Below are positions 1 to 10,429 of a DNA stretch of 64,000 nucleotides, in pieces. The notes under the pieces are model-generated. The model had not been told where the DNA came from. It did not search any database and was given only the letters and a program-made list of their open reading frames with translations. Location of the stretch: NCBI GenBank assembly GCA_016748015.1, contig JAAOMT010000664.1:1673892-1737891 (forward strand), given 5' to 3'. Position numbers and translations under genes: made by a program. Numbering within the stretch: the first letter of the stretch is position 1; each line of letters begins with the position of its first letter. This DNA is from Geosiphon pyriformis uo1 (lineage: Eukaryota; Fungi; Glomeromycota).

Positions 1-234
1 TTGTCAAGTTGATTATGCTGCCAGTACCAAGATTATTATAGCAGATAAAGTAACCAAAACTTCTATTGGCAAAATTGATGACTTTCTTTTTAAAATCAAT
101 AACATTATTACATCCATCAAAGTGTTAGTAATAGAAGCCATTTAGTACCAAGCATTAGTTAGTAATGACTGGCTATCTAAAACCAATATAGTACTCAATT
201 AAATCATATAAGAGCTTTAATTTAGTCAGAACAG
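1..234 (+). pseudogene. Aspartic protease C-terminal half of Ty3/gypsy element D (continues at 20985)
   Basis: Translates as ..IIIADKVTKTSIGKIDDFLFKINNIITSIKVLVIEAI*YQALVSNDWL.., homologous to the protease of B. It joins in frame to 20985 (FSQNS*HLRILAICKHF) once element C and one TSD copy are removed. Confidence 0.85.
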
Positions 235-593
235 TATTACCAGTGGTTTTTGTCAGTATTAAAAAACATTTCTTAGCTCAACTGGTAATACACATTACTA
301 TAATTATGCTATTGACTATAGTATATTATGAGTGTATAGACTATTTTAGTAGGTGAAAGAGCAAAAAAGAGTACATGATAAGGTTATTAAAAGTAATAGA
401 AAGTATTGTCATTATTATTTGTTTTTGGGCAAAAACCAGTCTTAAGTATTTAAAAGAGGAAAGAGAAGTCATATTTCTTTATATGTATTAGAAGTGCATA
501 ACCAACAACAGAAGTGAAACCAACTATTCAAAGAAATACATAACCAGAATTTTTTCAATTAGTTGTTAAAAAGATGTGGTGTTCAAATATCTG
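235..593 (-). repeat. Element C 3' LTR, left part (split by A1)
   Basis: Aligns to 19568-19926. Confidence 0.85.
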
Positions 594-1540
594 TGTTACC
601 GGAGGTTTTTGGTCTCTTTTCTCGAAAGTTGTAACTGTCTGTTGGTTGCAAATTCACGTTTTCTAGGAGTAGTTGAACCTCCAATAACTGAATTTATCTT
701 CAAATTATCTCCTATAATTTAAACTGCTGGGCTTATAAGTGGAATGGCCAATTCCATGCCAGTTGCTTTGTGTAGTTATGTTGTAGTAAATGTCAACTCT
801 TTCCTAAGAATTGCTCATCTAGAAGCTTACTAAAAATGTGTAGTTACTTTGCTGTGAAAGTCAACTCTTCTACAGGAATTTTGTCTGTAGGCTACCCTAA
901 TGATTATAATAAAAAAAAAAAAAAGAAAGAAAATAAAAGAAATGTAAAAGAAATAGAATTCTGTCAAGGGAAACGTTTTCTATCCAGGTCTGGAGTCACT
1001 AACAGTTTACTGAAATTGGTAGTTAATCAATTTCGAAATGTTAGTTGGGTTTTGGGGCTTTTCCAAGTACAATAATTTAAAGAATTTGGTTTTTCAAATT
1101 ATTTGATATTTATTTCTTTTTGTGTGTGTAGGAATGGTTCTAAGTGATAAATCTAAAGTAAGATACATTTTCTCAAAGAGAGAAGCTCTTCTTTTATACA
1201 ACTTGTCGTAACACTATTCTATGAATTCAAACTTTGCTATTTTTCTACAATTTTGCTGAACTAAAATTACATTTTGGCGAACTACAAATTATTTTAGCAA
1301 ATTTTTACAAATTTTGGCAAACTTTTTGAATGTTACATAGTTCAGGGTATTGCATGATTGATCATCTCAATTAGGTTACATTTGTGTTATATACAAATTG
1401 GGTTATTAATTAAATGATAATTTTGGACATTTTGCTAATGTAATAAGTGATAATTTGAAACAATAATATATGTTAATTAATGATGGGAATTATAAAGATA
1501 ATTTCATGCTAAATAATATCTTTAATTTCATCTGGTAACA
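594..1540 (-). repeat. A1 3' LTR
   Basis: TGTTACCGGA...TCTGGTAACA terminal inverted repeat; homologous to 17392-18378. Confidence 0.95.
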
Positions 1541-1556
1541 TAATCTTCTCCTCAAG
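1541..1556 (-). promoter_or_regulatory. A1 polypurine tract
   Basis: Minus strand GAGGAGAAGATTA immediately before the LTR start TGTTAC. Confidence 0.85.
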
Positions 1557-1574
1557 ACTGAGCTCCATCAAAGT

Positions 1575-2228
1575 TCAAGTACTGTCTGTAATTTCCAGAT
1601 AATAATCCAAAATTATTGAAGAAATTTGGTCTGAAAATTGTTAAAATTTTAGTTCTGTGAGCTTTCCAATGTATTGAATCTTCAAAGGTTGTAAAATTGG
1701 GTTTTGTAGAACGTTTTCACAGGTGTGAAATAGGTCATAAAATCTAAGAGCAGCTCTTAGTTTATAGTGACTGTTTGTAAGTCCAGCTGTTGTTTTGAAT
1801 TCGTTGTGAAGTTGTTTTTGAATAGCTTCTTTTGTGAGGTTTGCTGCTGTAAGCTCCCATTTTTGTTCGTGAAATGTTTTTCCAATGTAGAAATATCTAT
1901 ATATTGGAGTATAGTCATGGTTTTTTTCATTAAGATACAGTTGAAGTTTTTGTTGAATAGTAGCATTTGGTGGAATATTAATAGGAAGAAACATTAAATT
2001 TTCTCTTAAAACAAGCTTCAAGAGTTCTGGTAGATAAATTCCAGAATAACTTCTTGTGTTCTTTTTGTAAGGGTGATAATTTCGTAAATTTGGGGCTAAA
2101 TTGGCAACTATTTCTGTTTGGGTATAATTAATATGTTTTCCTGTAATAGTAATAGATAATTCGGGTATTGTTTTTAAAGCTAGCATTAATTTTTGAGATA
2201 TTTGTTGAATATTTTGAGGAATAGTCAT
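1575..2228 (-). pseudogene. A1 ORF3, uncharacterised ~218-codon accessory protein between IN and PPT (premature stop at 1641)
   Basis: 195-aa ORF 1641..2228; homologous frames occur in A2, A3, D and F. Confidence 0.8.
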
Positions 2229-2371
2229 TATAAAAATTTGAGTGAGAAATAGATTGAAATTATTTTTGGTATGTGGGTTTTTATGTTATTTTTGTCTTTC
2301 AGTGTGTTTTGTTCTGTTTTGTTTTTGTGAAATTATTTTTAAATTATAAGGGAATAACTAGTAAAATTAAA

Positions 2372-3757
2372 TTAAGTGTTCAAGTTAGAAGGTTGTTCAA
2401 TGACAACTATTGGTTCTAAGTTTTGGGGAATATCTTCGGGATTGACTAAAGGGGAATGTGTACCAATTTGTGGAATTAATGATTCAGGATTGTTTCTAGA
2501 ATAATAGTGTTTTAAATAATCTCCATGTACAACTTTTGCTAGGATTTTGTCATCAAGTCTTAACTTGTATGATTTATTGCTTAGTATTTCATGGATAAAA
2601 AATGGTCCATCCCATTTATTTTCAAATTTTCCACTCCATTGTTTTTCAGTTTTAGTTTTGTGTAGGAGAACTTTGTTTCCAACTTTAAAATCATTGGTAA
2701 TTGGAGGCAATTTGTTGTCATGCCATTTTTTTTGTTAAGTTTGGGAGTGTTCAATATGGGTGGCTGCTATTCATCATTTTTCTTTCAACATGCTGAGAAG
2801 TGTGTAGGCTCTTCATTGAAGTGTTTTCTGGAAATTGTTTTCATCAATTGGTTGTGCTGAGTATGTTTCTACTGTGAAACTAATTGGTAACATTGCTGTC
2901 CTTCTATAAGTTAAATCAAAAAATGTGTGTTTTGTGGTATTTTGTTTTAGTGTTCTGTATGCTAGTAACACTGATGGAATAAAGATATCCCATTCTTGCT
3001 TAAAATTGGTTGAGACTTTGGCTAATGATTCACACAATGTTCTGTTAAAACGTTCCACAAGTCCGTTTGTTTGTGAATGGTAGGGCAAAGACAGAGGCTT
3101 TTTAACATTGAATCGTTCGCAAATTTTTTGTATCAGGTTGTTTACAAAGTGTGTCCTCTGATCAGATAAAAGTTTAATTGGACATCTATGTCTACAAATG
3201 ATGTCTTCGTAGATGAAATTTGCTACTGATTTCACATCTGCTCATTGAATGGCTCTGGCTTCAGGCCATTTAGTAAGATAGTCTACAGCTGCTGCAATAT
3301 AATGGTTTCTTTGAGTGGTAATAGATAGTGGTCCGACTAAATTGATACCAACTCAGTTGAAGAGTTGTCCAATTTTGATTGGATTTAATGGTTCAGTAGG
3401 GTGTGTTCCTTCTTTTCTTTGACAACTATCACAAGATTCGACATATTTGTGAATGTTTTTTCTTATTCGAGGCCAAAAGTAGTATTCTAATGTTCTTTGA
3501 GTGGTGCTGTCTTTTTTGAAGTGTGCTGATGAAAGATCTGAATACATGTTGTATAATATAGTCTCTTTTTTCTATTCTTGTATTAATCTGAGTGGTTTGT
3601 TTGGGTTTTTGAAATTTTGATGATAAATAATGTTGTTGTATAGAAAATATTGTTTGGCTTGTTGTTGTAATTGATGTTTTTCATCTGGAAACCAATCTGT
3701 TGGGATTGTTAATGTTTCCAAATATTGTTTGAGATTGTTGTAGTTTTCTGAATTCAT
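2372..3757 (-). pseudogene. A1 integrase (H2C2 zinc finger, DDE core, GPY/F module), separate ORF
   Basis: SAHF..YYFWP..CDSCQR, LLSDQRTHF, QTNGLVERFNRTL and KWDGPF motifs; broken by stops. Confidence 0.92.
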
Positions 3758-3808
3758 TGTTTGTTGGCTGTTTTGGTTGGTTAAGTTGAGTGTTGGTTTT
3801 TGTGTTTT

Positions 3809-4623
3809 CTAATCTTGTCTCATTCTGAAGAGACAGTCAACATTGGTGTGGAGTTTTCCTGGTTTGTGATGTACTATGTATCAATAGTTTGTTAGAAATC
3901 CTGTCCATTGGGTTTGTTTTGCATTCAACTGAGTATTTTTGTTCTGAAGCTATTTAAGTCCAATATTATCAGTAATAATATCAAATTCCTTTGGCCGAAG
4001 ATAAAGATTGAAATGATGTAGGGCCTAAATTACAGCTGCTGTTTCCAATTCAGTGACAGGATAATTTTTTTCAGCTGGTTTTAATGTTCTGCTAGCATAA
4101 GCAATTACTCGCTCATTTTTATTGTCATCCAATTGTAATAAGATAGCACCAAAGGCAGTATAAGAGGCATCTGTTGCTAATCAGAATCTGTTGCTGAAAT
4201 CTGGGTAGGCAAGAATTGGAGCTGTCGTTAGTTTTTCTTTGAGGATTTCAAATGCATTTTGGCATTCAGCAGTCCATTTGTATTTGACGTTTTTGATGGT
4301 AAGCTGGTTGAGAGGTTTTGTGATTTCTGAGAATCCTTTGATAAACTTCCAATAGTAGGAGGCTAACCCTATGAATCCTCTTAATTTTGTAGTGTTTCAA
4401 AGAGTTTTGAAGTTTTTGACAGCGCTGATTTTTCCAGGGTCCAGTTTGATTTCATCTTTACTAACGATATGGCCAAGGAAGGTCAAGCTTGTTTTTCCAA
4501 AGTAGCATTTTTCGATGTTGAGTTTTAGTCCTGCTTTTTGTAATCATTGAAAAACTTCTTACAGGTGTTTTAAGTGTAATTCGAACAATGGAGAATAAAC
4601 ATCAGTATCATCAAGATAAACGA
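3809..4623 (-). pseudogene. A1 RT C-terminal part and RNase H
   Basis: The minus strand encodes VYLDDTDVYS, ATDASY, ERVIAYASRTLKPAEKNY and TNVDCL. Confidence 0.9.
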
Positions 4624-6208
4624 TGTTACAGTTTAAAAATTTAGCAAAAAGAATCATAAAAATAATACAAACTATTCAATCATAATATAGCACAGTAATA
4701 ATCTTAGAAAGGTAATGATTAACATAGTAGCAAACACCATCTCGCGATAGTGGCAAGCACCAGTTCACAATAGCAGTCAACACCAACTGGTGATAGCAGC
4801 AAGCACCAGGTTGAAATATCAAAAAGAAAGTATTTTCTCATAGAACTACAAACATGTATATATACAGTAGTTTTAATATTGGGAAAGGATCAATCAAGTA
4901 ATAAAAATCATAACTTATCAAGCAATAGATCCAATTTTATCCAACAAACTCCACTTTAAATCATACTTTCAAATTAAATATCCCAAGAAACCTTTAAAAT
5001 CAAAAAGAAATAAAAAAGAATATTTAAAACTGAACTATCACAACCCAAAGTATTAAGAAACTTACTTGTATTATTTATTGAATGAAACTATTATTCATCA
5101 ACTGAATCCCTTGGAAGAATAATCCNNNNNNNNNNNNNNNNNNNNTTCACCAGAAAATAAGATACAAATTCCATTAGGAGCTGCATCATCATCAACATCA
5201 ACTCCACAAATGCCAAGAACTCCTAGTTATATTGATAAAATTAAACAACGTAACTGGGAAGACATACCAATTACAGAAGGATATTCATCACTATTCCAAA
5301 ACCCTCTTTTTCAGCCAAAATTTAGAATGGGGTTTGAAAACTGTGAAGAGGAGTCTGAATCAGAATCCGAAAAAGAGACCAGTGAAAAAACAATCACAAG
5401 ACCAGTCACTGGAACAAGCAGCCAGTCCAGAAACCAAGAAACTCGTGATCAAGAGGAAGAACCGGATATAAGGGAAGCCACCTTTAGGAATGCTCAAGGA
5501 AATATCATCCCACCTCCTCTTAGACCNNNNNNNNNNNNNNNNNNNNAAGTATTTTCTCATAGAACTACAAACATGTATATATACAGTAGTTTTAATATTG
5601 GGAAAGGATCAATCAAGTAATAAAAATCATAACTTATCAAGCAATAGATCCAATTTTATCCAACAAACTCCACTTTAAATCATACTTTCAAATTAAATAT
5701 CCCAAGAAACCTTTAAAATCAAAAAGAAATAAAAAAGAATATTTAAAACTGAACTATCACAACCCAAAGTATTAAGAAACTTACTTGTATTATTTATTGA
5801 ATGAAACTATTATTCATCAACTGAATCCCTTGGAAGAATAATCCTTGATCAAGATTATTCACGTTGTTACTAATTGATAAAAGCTTTATTGTGAGAATTA
5901 GAAAAGTGCTAAAGACTATTAACATTCTGTGTTTCTAGATTAGAGAAACACATCAGGCAATTGCAAGGATAGCCTCAGAGAAGACCCCAGACAGTGGGTA
6001 GATTTCAGTTCAGCCTCTGAGAAGGAGTACATAAACACACACAACAATCAAGAATTAAAGAATAACTTATATCACAACAGTAAAAAGAAAGCCTTCAGTG
6101 TAACAGTGACACTATCACACAAATAGAATTGAGGAATTCACGAAAGACTGATTGCAATTAAAGCGGGATATCAGCAATTAAATATAACAAGAAAACCATT
6201 CCGTAACA
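4624..6208 (+). repeat. B 5' LTR (assembled in two overlapping pieces around N gaps)
   Basis: 4624-5125 and 5547-6208 both match 11680-12545. Confidence 0.85.
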
Positions 6209-6226
6209 TTTGGTGAACCCTACAAG
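6209..6226 (+). promoter_or_regulatory. B primer-binding site
   Basis: TT-TGGTGAACCC directly after the LTR; TGG is complementary to tRNA CCA. The tRNA is not identified. Confidence 0.8.
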
Positions 6227-6290
6227 GAAAGAAAATCAAAAAGGAAATAATAATTAGCAATAATTCATTGCTAAAAAGGAAAAGACAAAA

Positions 6291-7901
6291 GTGGCGACAA
6301 AAACCCCTAATCTTACTGTTCTTGAATTCTGCCATGCTNNNNNNNNNNNNNNNNNNNNGGAACGCGCCAACAAAACCAAAGAAAATTTAGAAACTAATCA
6401 GGAAAGTAACCAGCAAAAACTAGAAACACCAGCTCAAATGCCAAAGAAAACTGTTACTCAATCAATAAAGAAACAACGTATTTATTCATCAGAAGATAAA
6501 TCATATCATTTTTCACCAGAAAATAAGATACAAATTCCATTAGGAGCTGCATCATCATCAACATCAACTCCACAAATGCCAAGAACTCCTAGTTATATTG
6601 ATAAAATTAAACAACGTAACTGGGAAGACATACCAATTACAGAAGGATATTCATCACTATTCCAAAACCCTCTTTTTCAGCCAAAATTTAGAATGGGGTT
6701 TGAAAACTGTGAAGAGGAGTCTGAATCAGAATCCGAAAAAGAGACCAGTGAAAAAACAATCACAAGACCAGTCACTGGAACAAGCAGCCAGTCCAGAAAC
6801 CAAGAAACTCGTGATCAAGAGGAAGAACCGGATATAAGGGAAGCCACCTTTAGGAATGCTCAAGGAAATATCATCCCACCTCCTCTTAGACCAATAAACC
6901 CACCAGCAGAAAATGGCAACGAAATGACCACATCATACATTGCAAGACTAACAGATTTCTCAGGAGAGGAAGAAGAAACGGACGTGCACACATGGCTCAG
7001 AGAAGCACAAAAAGCCATCCAGGCAAATAACTGGAATGACCAAAGAGCAATTCAAACATTACCTTTCTTCCTGAAAGGCACAGCTGACTCGTGGTATCAA
7101 AGCCTGGAAACAAAACCCACGAGCTTCACCGAATTTAAAAATGCACTCCTAGAGTATTTTAGCGACCCAAACGCCGTAATCCAACTACAAAACGAATTCA
7201 ATACTATCAAGCAAAATACCGGTGAAACTGTCACCCAATACCTTGCTCAATTTAATCGAATTTGCCGTCAGATTGAAGTGATTGAACAAGGATACTACAC
7301 TGATCCTCAGGTTTTAAATCAGTTTATTAGAGGATTAAAAAGCAGCATTTTAGGAAGAGTATGCTCTGTTCACCCTAATTCCTTACCAGAAGCCATTACG
7401 CTCGCCAGAGCCCTTGAATCGGCTGAGAAAGAAGCTAACCATAGTCAAATGGTTAACATGGTAATGGAGGAAAATAAGACAGAAACATTAGAGAAAAGAG
7501 TAATGTGATTAGGGGAGGAACTCTCTAAAAAAATAGAAAGTTACCTCATCCCGGATCCGAGAAAAAATACATACCAACCACCCCAAAGACGCAGCCAGGA
7601 AGTCAGTGACAATTGAAATAATCGCTCATCGCGCCAGGAATTCAGAACAGAAACACATGCCTGCCATTTTTGCAAACGCGTAAGACATTTGATTAGTCAA
7701 TGTCGAACGCGAATGATGCAGGAAGCACGCAAAAATAATTACTACGCGCCACCCCAAATGCCCAGAAACCAGTACATGCCAATACCACGCCAATATCCTA
7801 CCACGTATCAAAATCAAGGAGCTTACCAGCAACAGCCCATGATAGCCAACCCGAATTGGCGTCCCGAGGCCCGAAATCAGCCCATGTAGAACCAGAATGC
7901 G
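6291..7901 (+). pseudogene. gag: B Gag (capsid-like domain, CCHC knuckle, Q/N/P-rich tail)
   Basis: WLREAQKAIQANNW..LPFFLKGTADSWY capsid signature and CHFCKRVRHLISQC knuckle; same frame as pol. Confidence 0.9.
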
Positions 7902-9485
7902 TTGGTCCAGAGGAATCCAAACCGCACCGGAACCAATCAGCAAACCAATCCAAACTACCAAAATTATCAACAAACTTACCTTAATATACCGGAAAATCTG
8001 ATCATCGGAAACAATGACAGTAGAAACATAAACAGAACCAAGAATTCCTCCAAATTGAGCCAGACAATACCACCAGCAGTTGCCACTGAAGATAGCAGCC
8101 TCGCAGCTATTTTTCCTTTTGAATTAGAGGAAAACAAGGTTATGTTCAGTGGAGCAGCATTGGACAAAAAACGCCCAATCACTGCTATGTATACGGAAGC
8201 TACTGTAAACAATACCCCAATCAAACTTATCTTAGACAGTGGATCCGCTGGAAGCATCGTAACGGTTCAACTAGTAAACCAACTGGGTTTCAAAGTTGAT
8301 CGTGCCGCGACGTCCCAAATCATAACAGCCGATAGAAGTACAAAGCTGCCTTATGGTAAAATTGACTCATTCCCTTTCAAAATTAACAGCATAGTAATAC
8401 CTACAAAAGTATTAGTAATGGACACTACACAATATCAAGCATTAGTAGGGAATGACTGGCTAACAAAAGCCAACACCACCCTAGACTGGACCACCCAAGA
8501 GCTTCTGATCAATTATAATGGCCACCAGGCCAAAATTCTAGCCACCTGTGGCCACTTCCAAAAACCCAGTGCCAACCAAAGACCTATCTTCGAATTTGAG
8601 AAAAATCCAGCACTACCAGCCATCAAAACCTATCAGCTCTCTTGGGCTGATGACCAAAGAACAGGACTACCAGCCGTACCAACATGGACTAGTGAAGAAA
8701 GATCCAAATGGAACCAGGTAAGTTCACAAAGAAACCACCAGCGACGCAGATCAAAGCTAGAATGCTCAGTTTGCAAGAAGAAACTCTCGTCTATGACTGC
8801 ATGCAGCGCACCAGACGAAGACCCAAGAAACCCCACCCACTACTATTGTAACTGTTGTAACAAAGAAAAATACGGTTATCCAGAAAGACACGAAAAATGG
8901 GACGAGGAACCGTGCCTTGCTTGTGGAGAACCATTACCAAGAGGGTGCGACTGGAACGACTTACCAGGCAGAGGAGGAACGTGTGACGCAACTTGCCAAT
9001 ACACGATTCTCATCTGTGACTGGGTAAGAGGAGGAACGCCATTCGAAGCAGTGTTCAACAGAGCATTAAAAAGACTACAGCACTACCCACACGACGAGGA
9101 CGAGTTGTACAACACCGCACAAGCCAAAGTAAGAGGAGGAACTGCCGAAAAAATATGACGTTGGAAAGAGTCAGCCGAAGTAGCCGATGAAGTCACCAGC
9201 TACAACATGTTCGACCCAGTGGACGAATTCTAAGACTACTACCAACAACTATGCCCCACTCGACAAGAGCAAGAACAATACCTCGCCCAAATCAACACTT
9301 ACCTCTGTGAAAACTGTCTCATCCCGTGCCAAAGTCAGTGCTGTGAAGAGTGTCAAGACGAAAGGGACTTAGAAAGAAAAATGGAAATTGAGAATCAGCA
9401 GTCTCAAAATCAATCAATAAATTAACAAGACTCACCTGATGGTCCCGAATCAGAAAAATTTGTAGCCTATACCAACCTAGAACAG
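7902..9485 (+). pseudogene. B aspartic protease followed by a Cys-rich region
   Basis: LILDSGS active site and ALVGNDWL, followed by several CxxC pairs. Confidence 0.9.
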
Positions 9486-9930
9486 GTGACCGACATCCGA
9501 TACTTCGACAACGGGCACTTAGGAATAATACCCGAAAGAGCCCATCCAACCGACGCTGAATTCGATCTACATTATCCGGAAGACCAATCTACAACGTTAC
9601 TACCCAGGAGCATCACCAAAATCGACCTAAAATTAGCAGTTGAAATTCCGCCAGGAATAATGGTTCAAATGGCGTCGCAATCAAGCCTCACAAAAAAAGG
9701 AATAAGCGTTCAAGAAGGAGTAATTGACTCTGGATACACTGGAAATTTGATGGTTTTGCTACAAAACAATTCAGAAAAGCCTTATACCATTGAATCTAAG
9801 GAAAAGATTGCACAAGCAATTTTCCTACCATTGGTAAAAATTGGGAAATTCGTGCCAGTGGAAAATCGTGAGGAATTGTCACAAACAACGAGAGGAACTT
9901 TTGGTTTCAGATCGACAGGAAAAGGAATTG
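9486..9930 (+). pseudogene. dut: B dUTPase domain in pol
   Basis: All five trimeric-dUTPase motifs are recognisable: AEFDL, ASQSSL, GVIDSGYTG, KIAQAIF, RGTFGFRSTG. Confidence 0.92.
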
Positions 9931-10429
9931 AAGCGAATTTTGCTGAAACAATAGAGGAAAAAGGCAAAGTAATTAAAAATGAGCGGTCCATCACGCTCCT
10001 ACCATATGGAAAATCAGAAATAAGAATAAAAAGAACAATTAAAGAAAAAGACCTAATATTTGAGTCCTACCCAGAAACTTGCCAACAGTTTCTCATAGGA
10101 CTTACTAACCTTTTTATTCCAGCTGATAAAGCTCAATGGATAAAAATTCCTATTGCAAACACCACAGAAGAACCCGTCTACATTCCAGAAGATACTATCA
10201 TTGGGTACCTTAGAACGGAGCTAAAAAACGCGTCAACACCACAAGAAATTCTAAATTTCCCAGAAATCGCCCTCTACTGTGAACTCACTTCAATAAATTG
10301 GCAACAACCAGTAGAATACTATCAATTTACACCAGAAGAATTGGCCAAATTAAACATTGGAACAATGGATCCCGACCAACAGCGACAATTAAAAGCATTA
10401 ATTTTAAAATACTCTGATATATTTTTAAG

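Noticed and set aside
836-1075. Recurrent 70-80 aa ORF in A LTRs (also 50183..50398)
   Set aside because: It is antisense and crosses a length-variable A tract, and it is not open in the other LTR copies. Recurrence just reflects the repeat.
2372-2500. Possible chromodomain at the IN C-terminus
   Set aside because: Only a ~40-aa Pro-rich tail follows the GPY/F module, with no chromodomain signature.
5146-5526. Apparent gag fragment inside the B 5' LTR, plus a duplicated LTR segment (ORFs 5210..5620, 5232..5471)
   Set aside because: It appears identical to ~6512-6892 and is bounded by 20-N gaps on both sides, so it is a scaffolding artefact.
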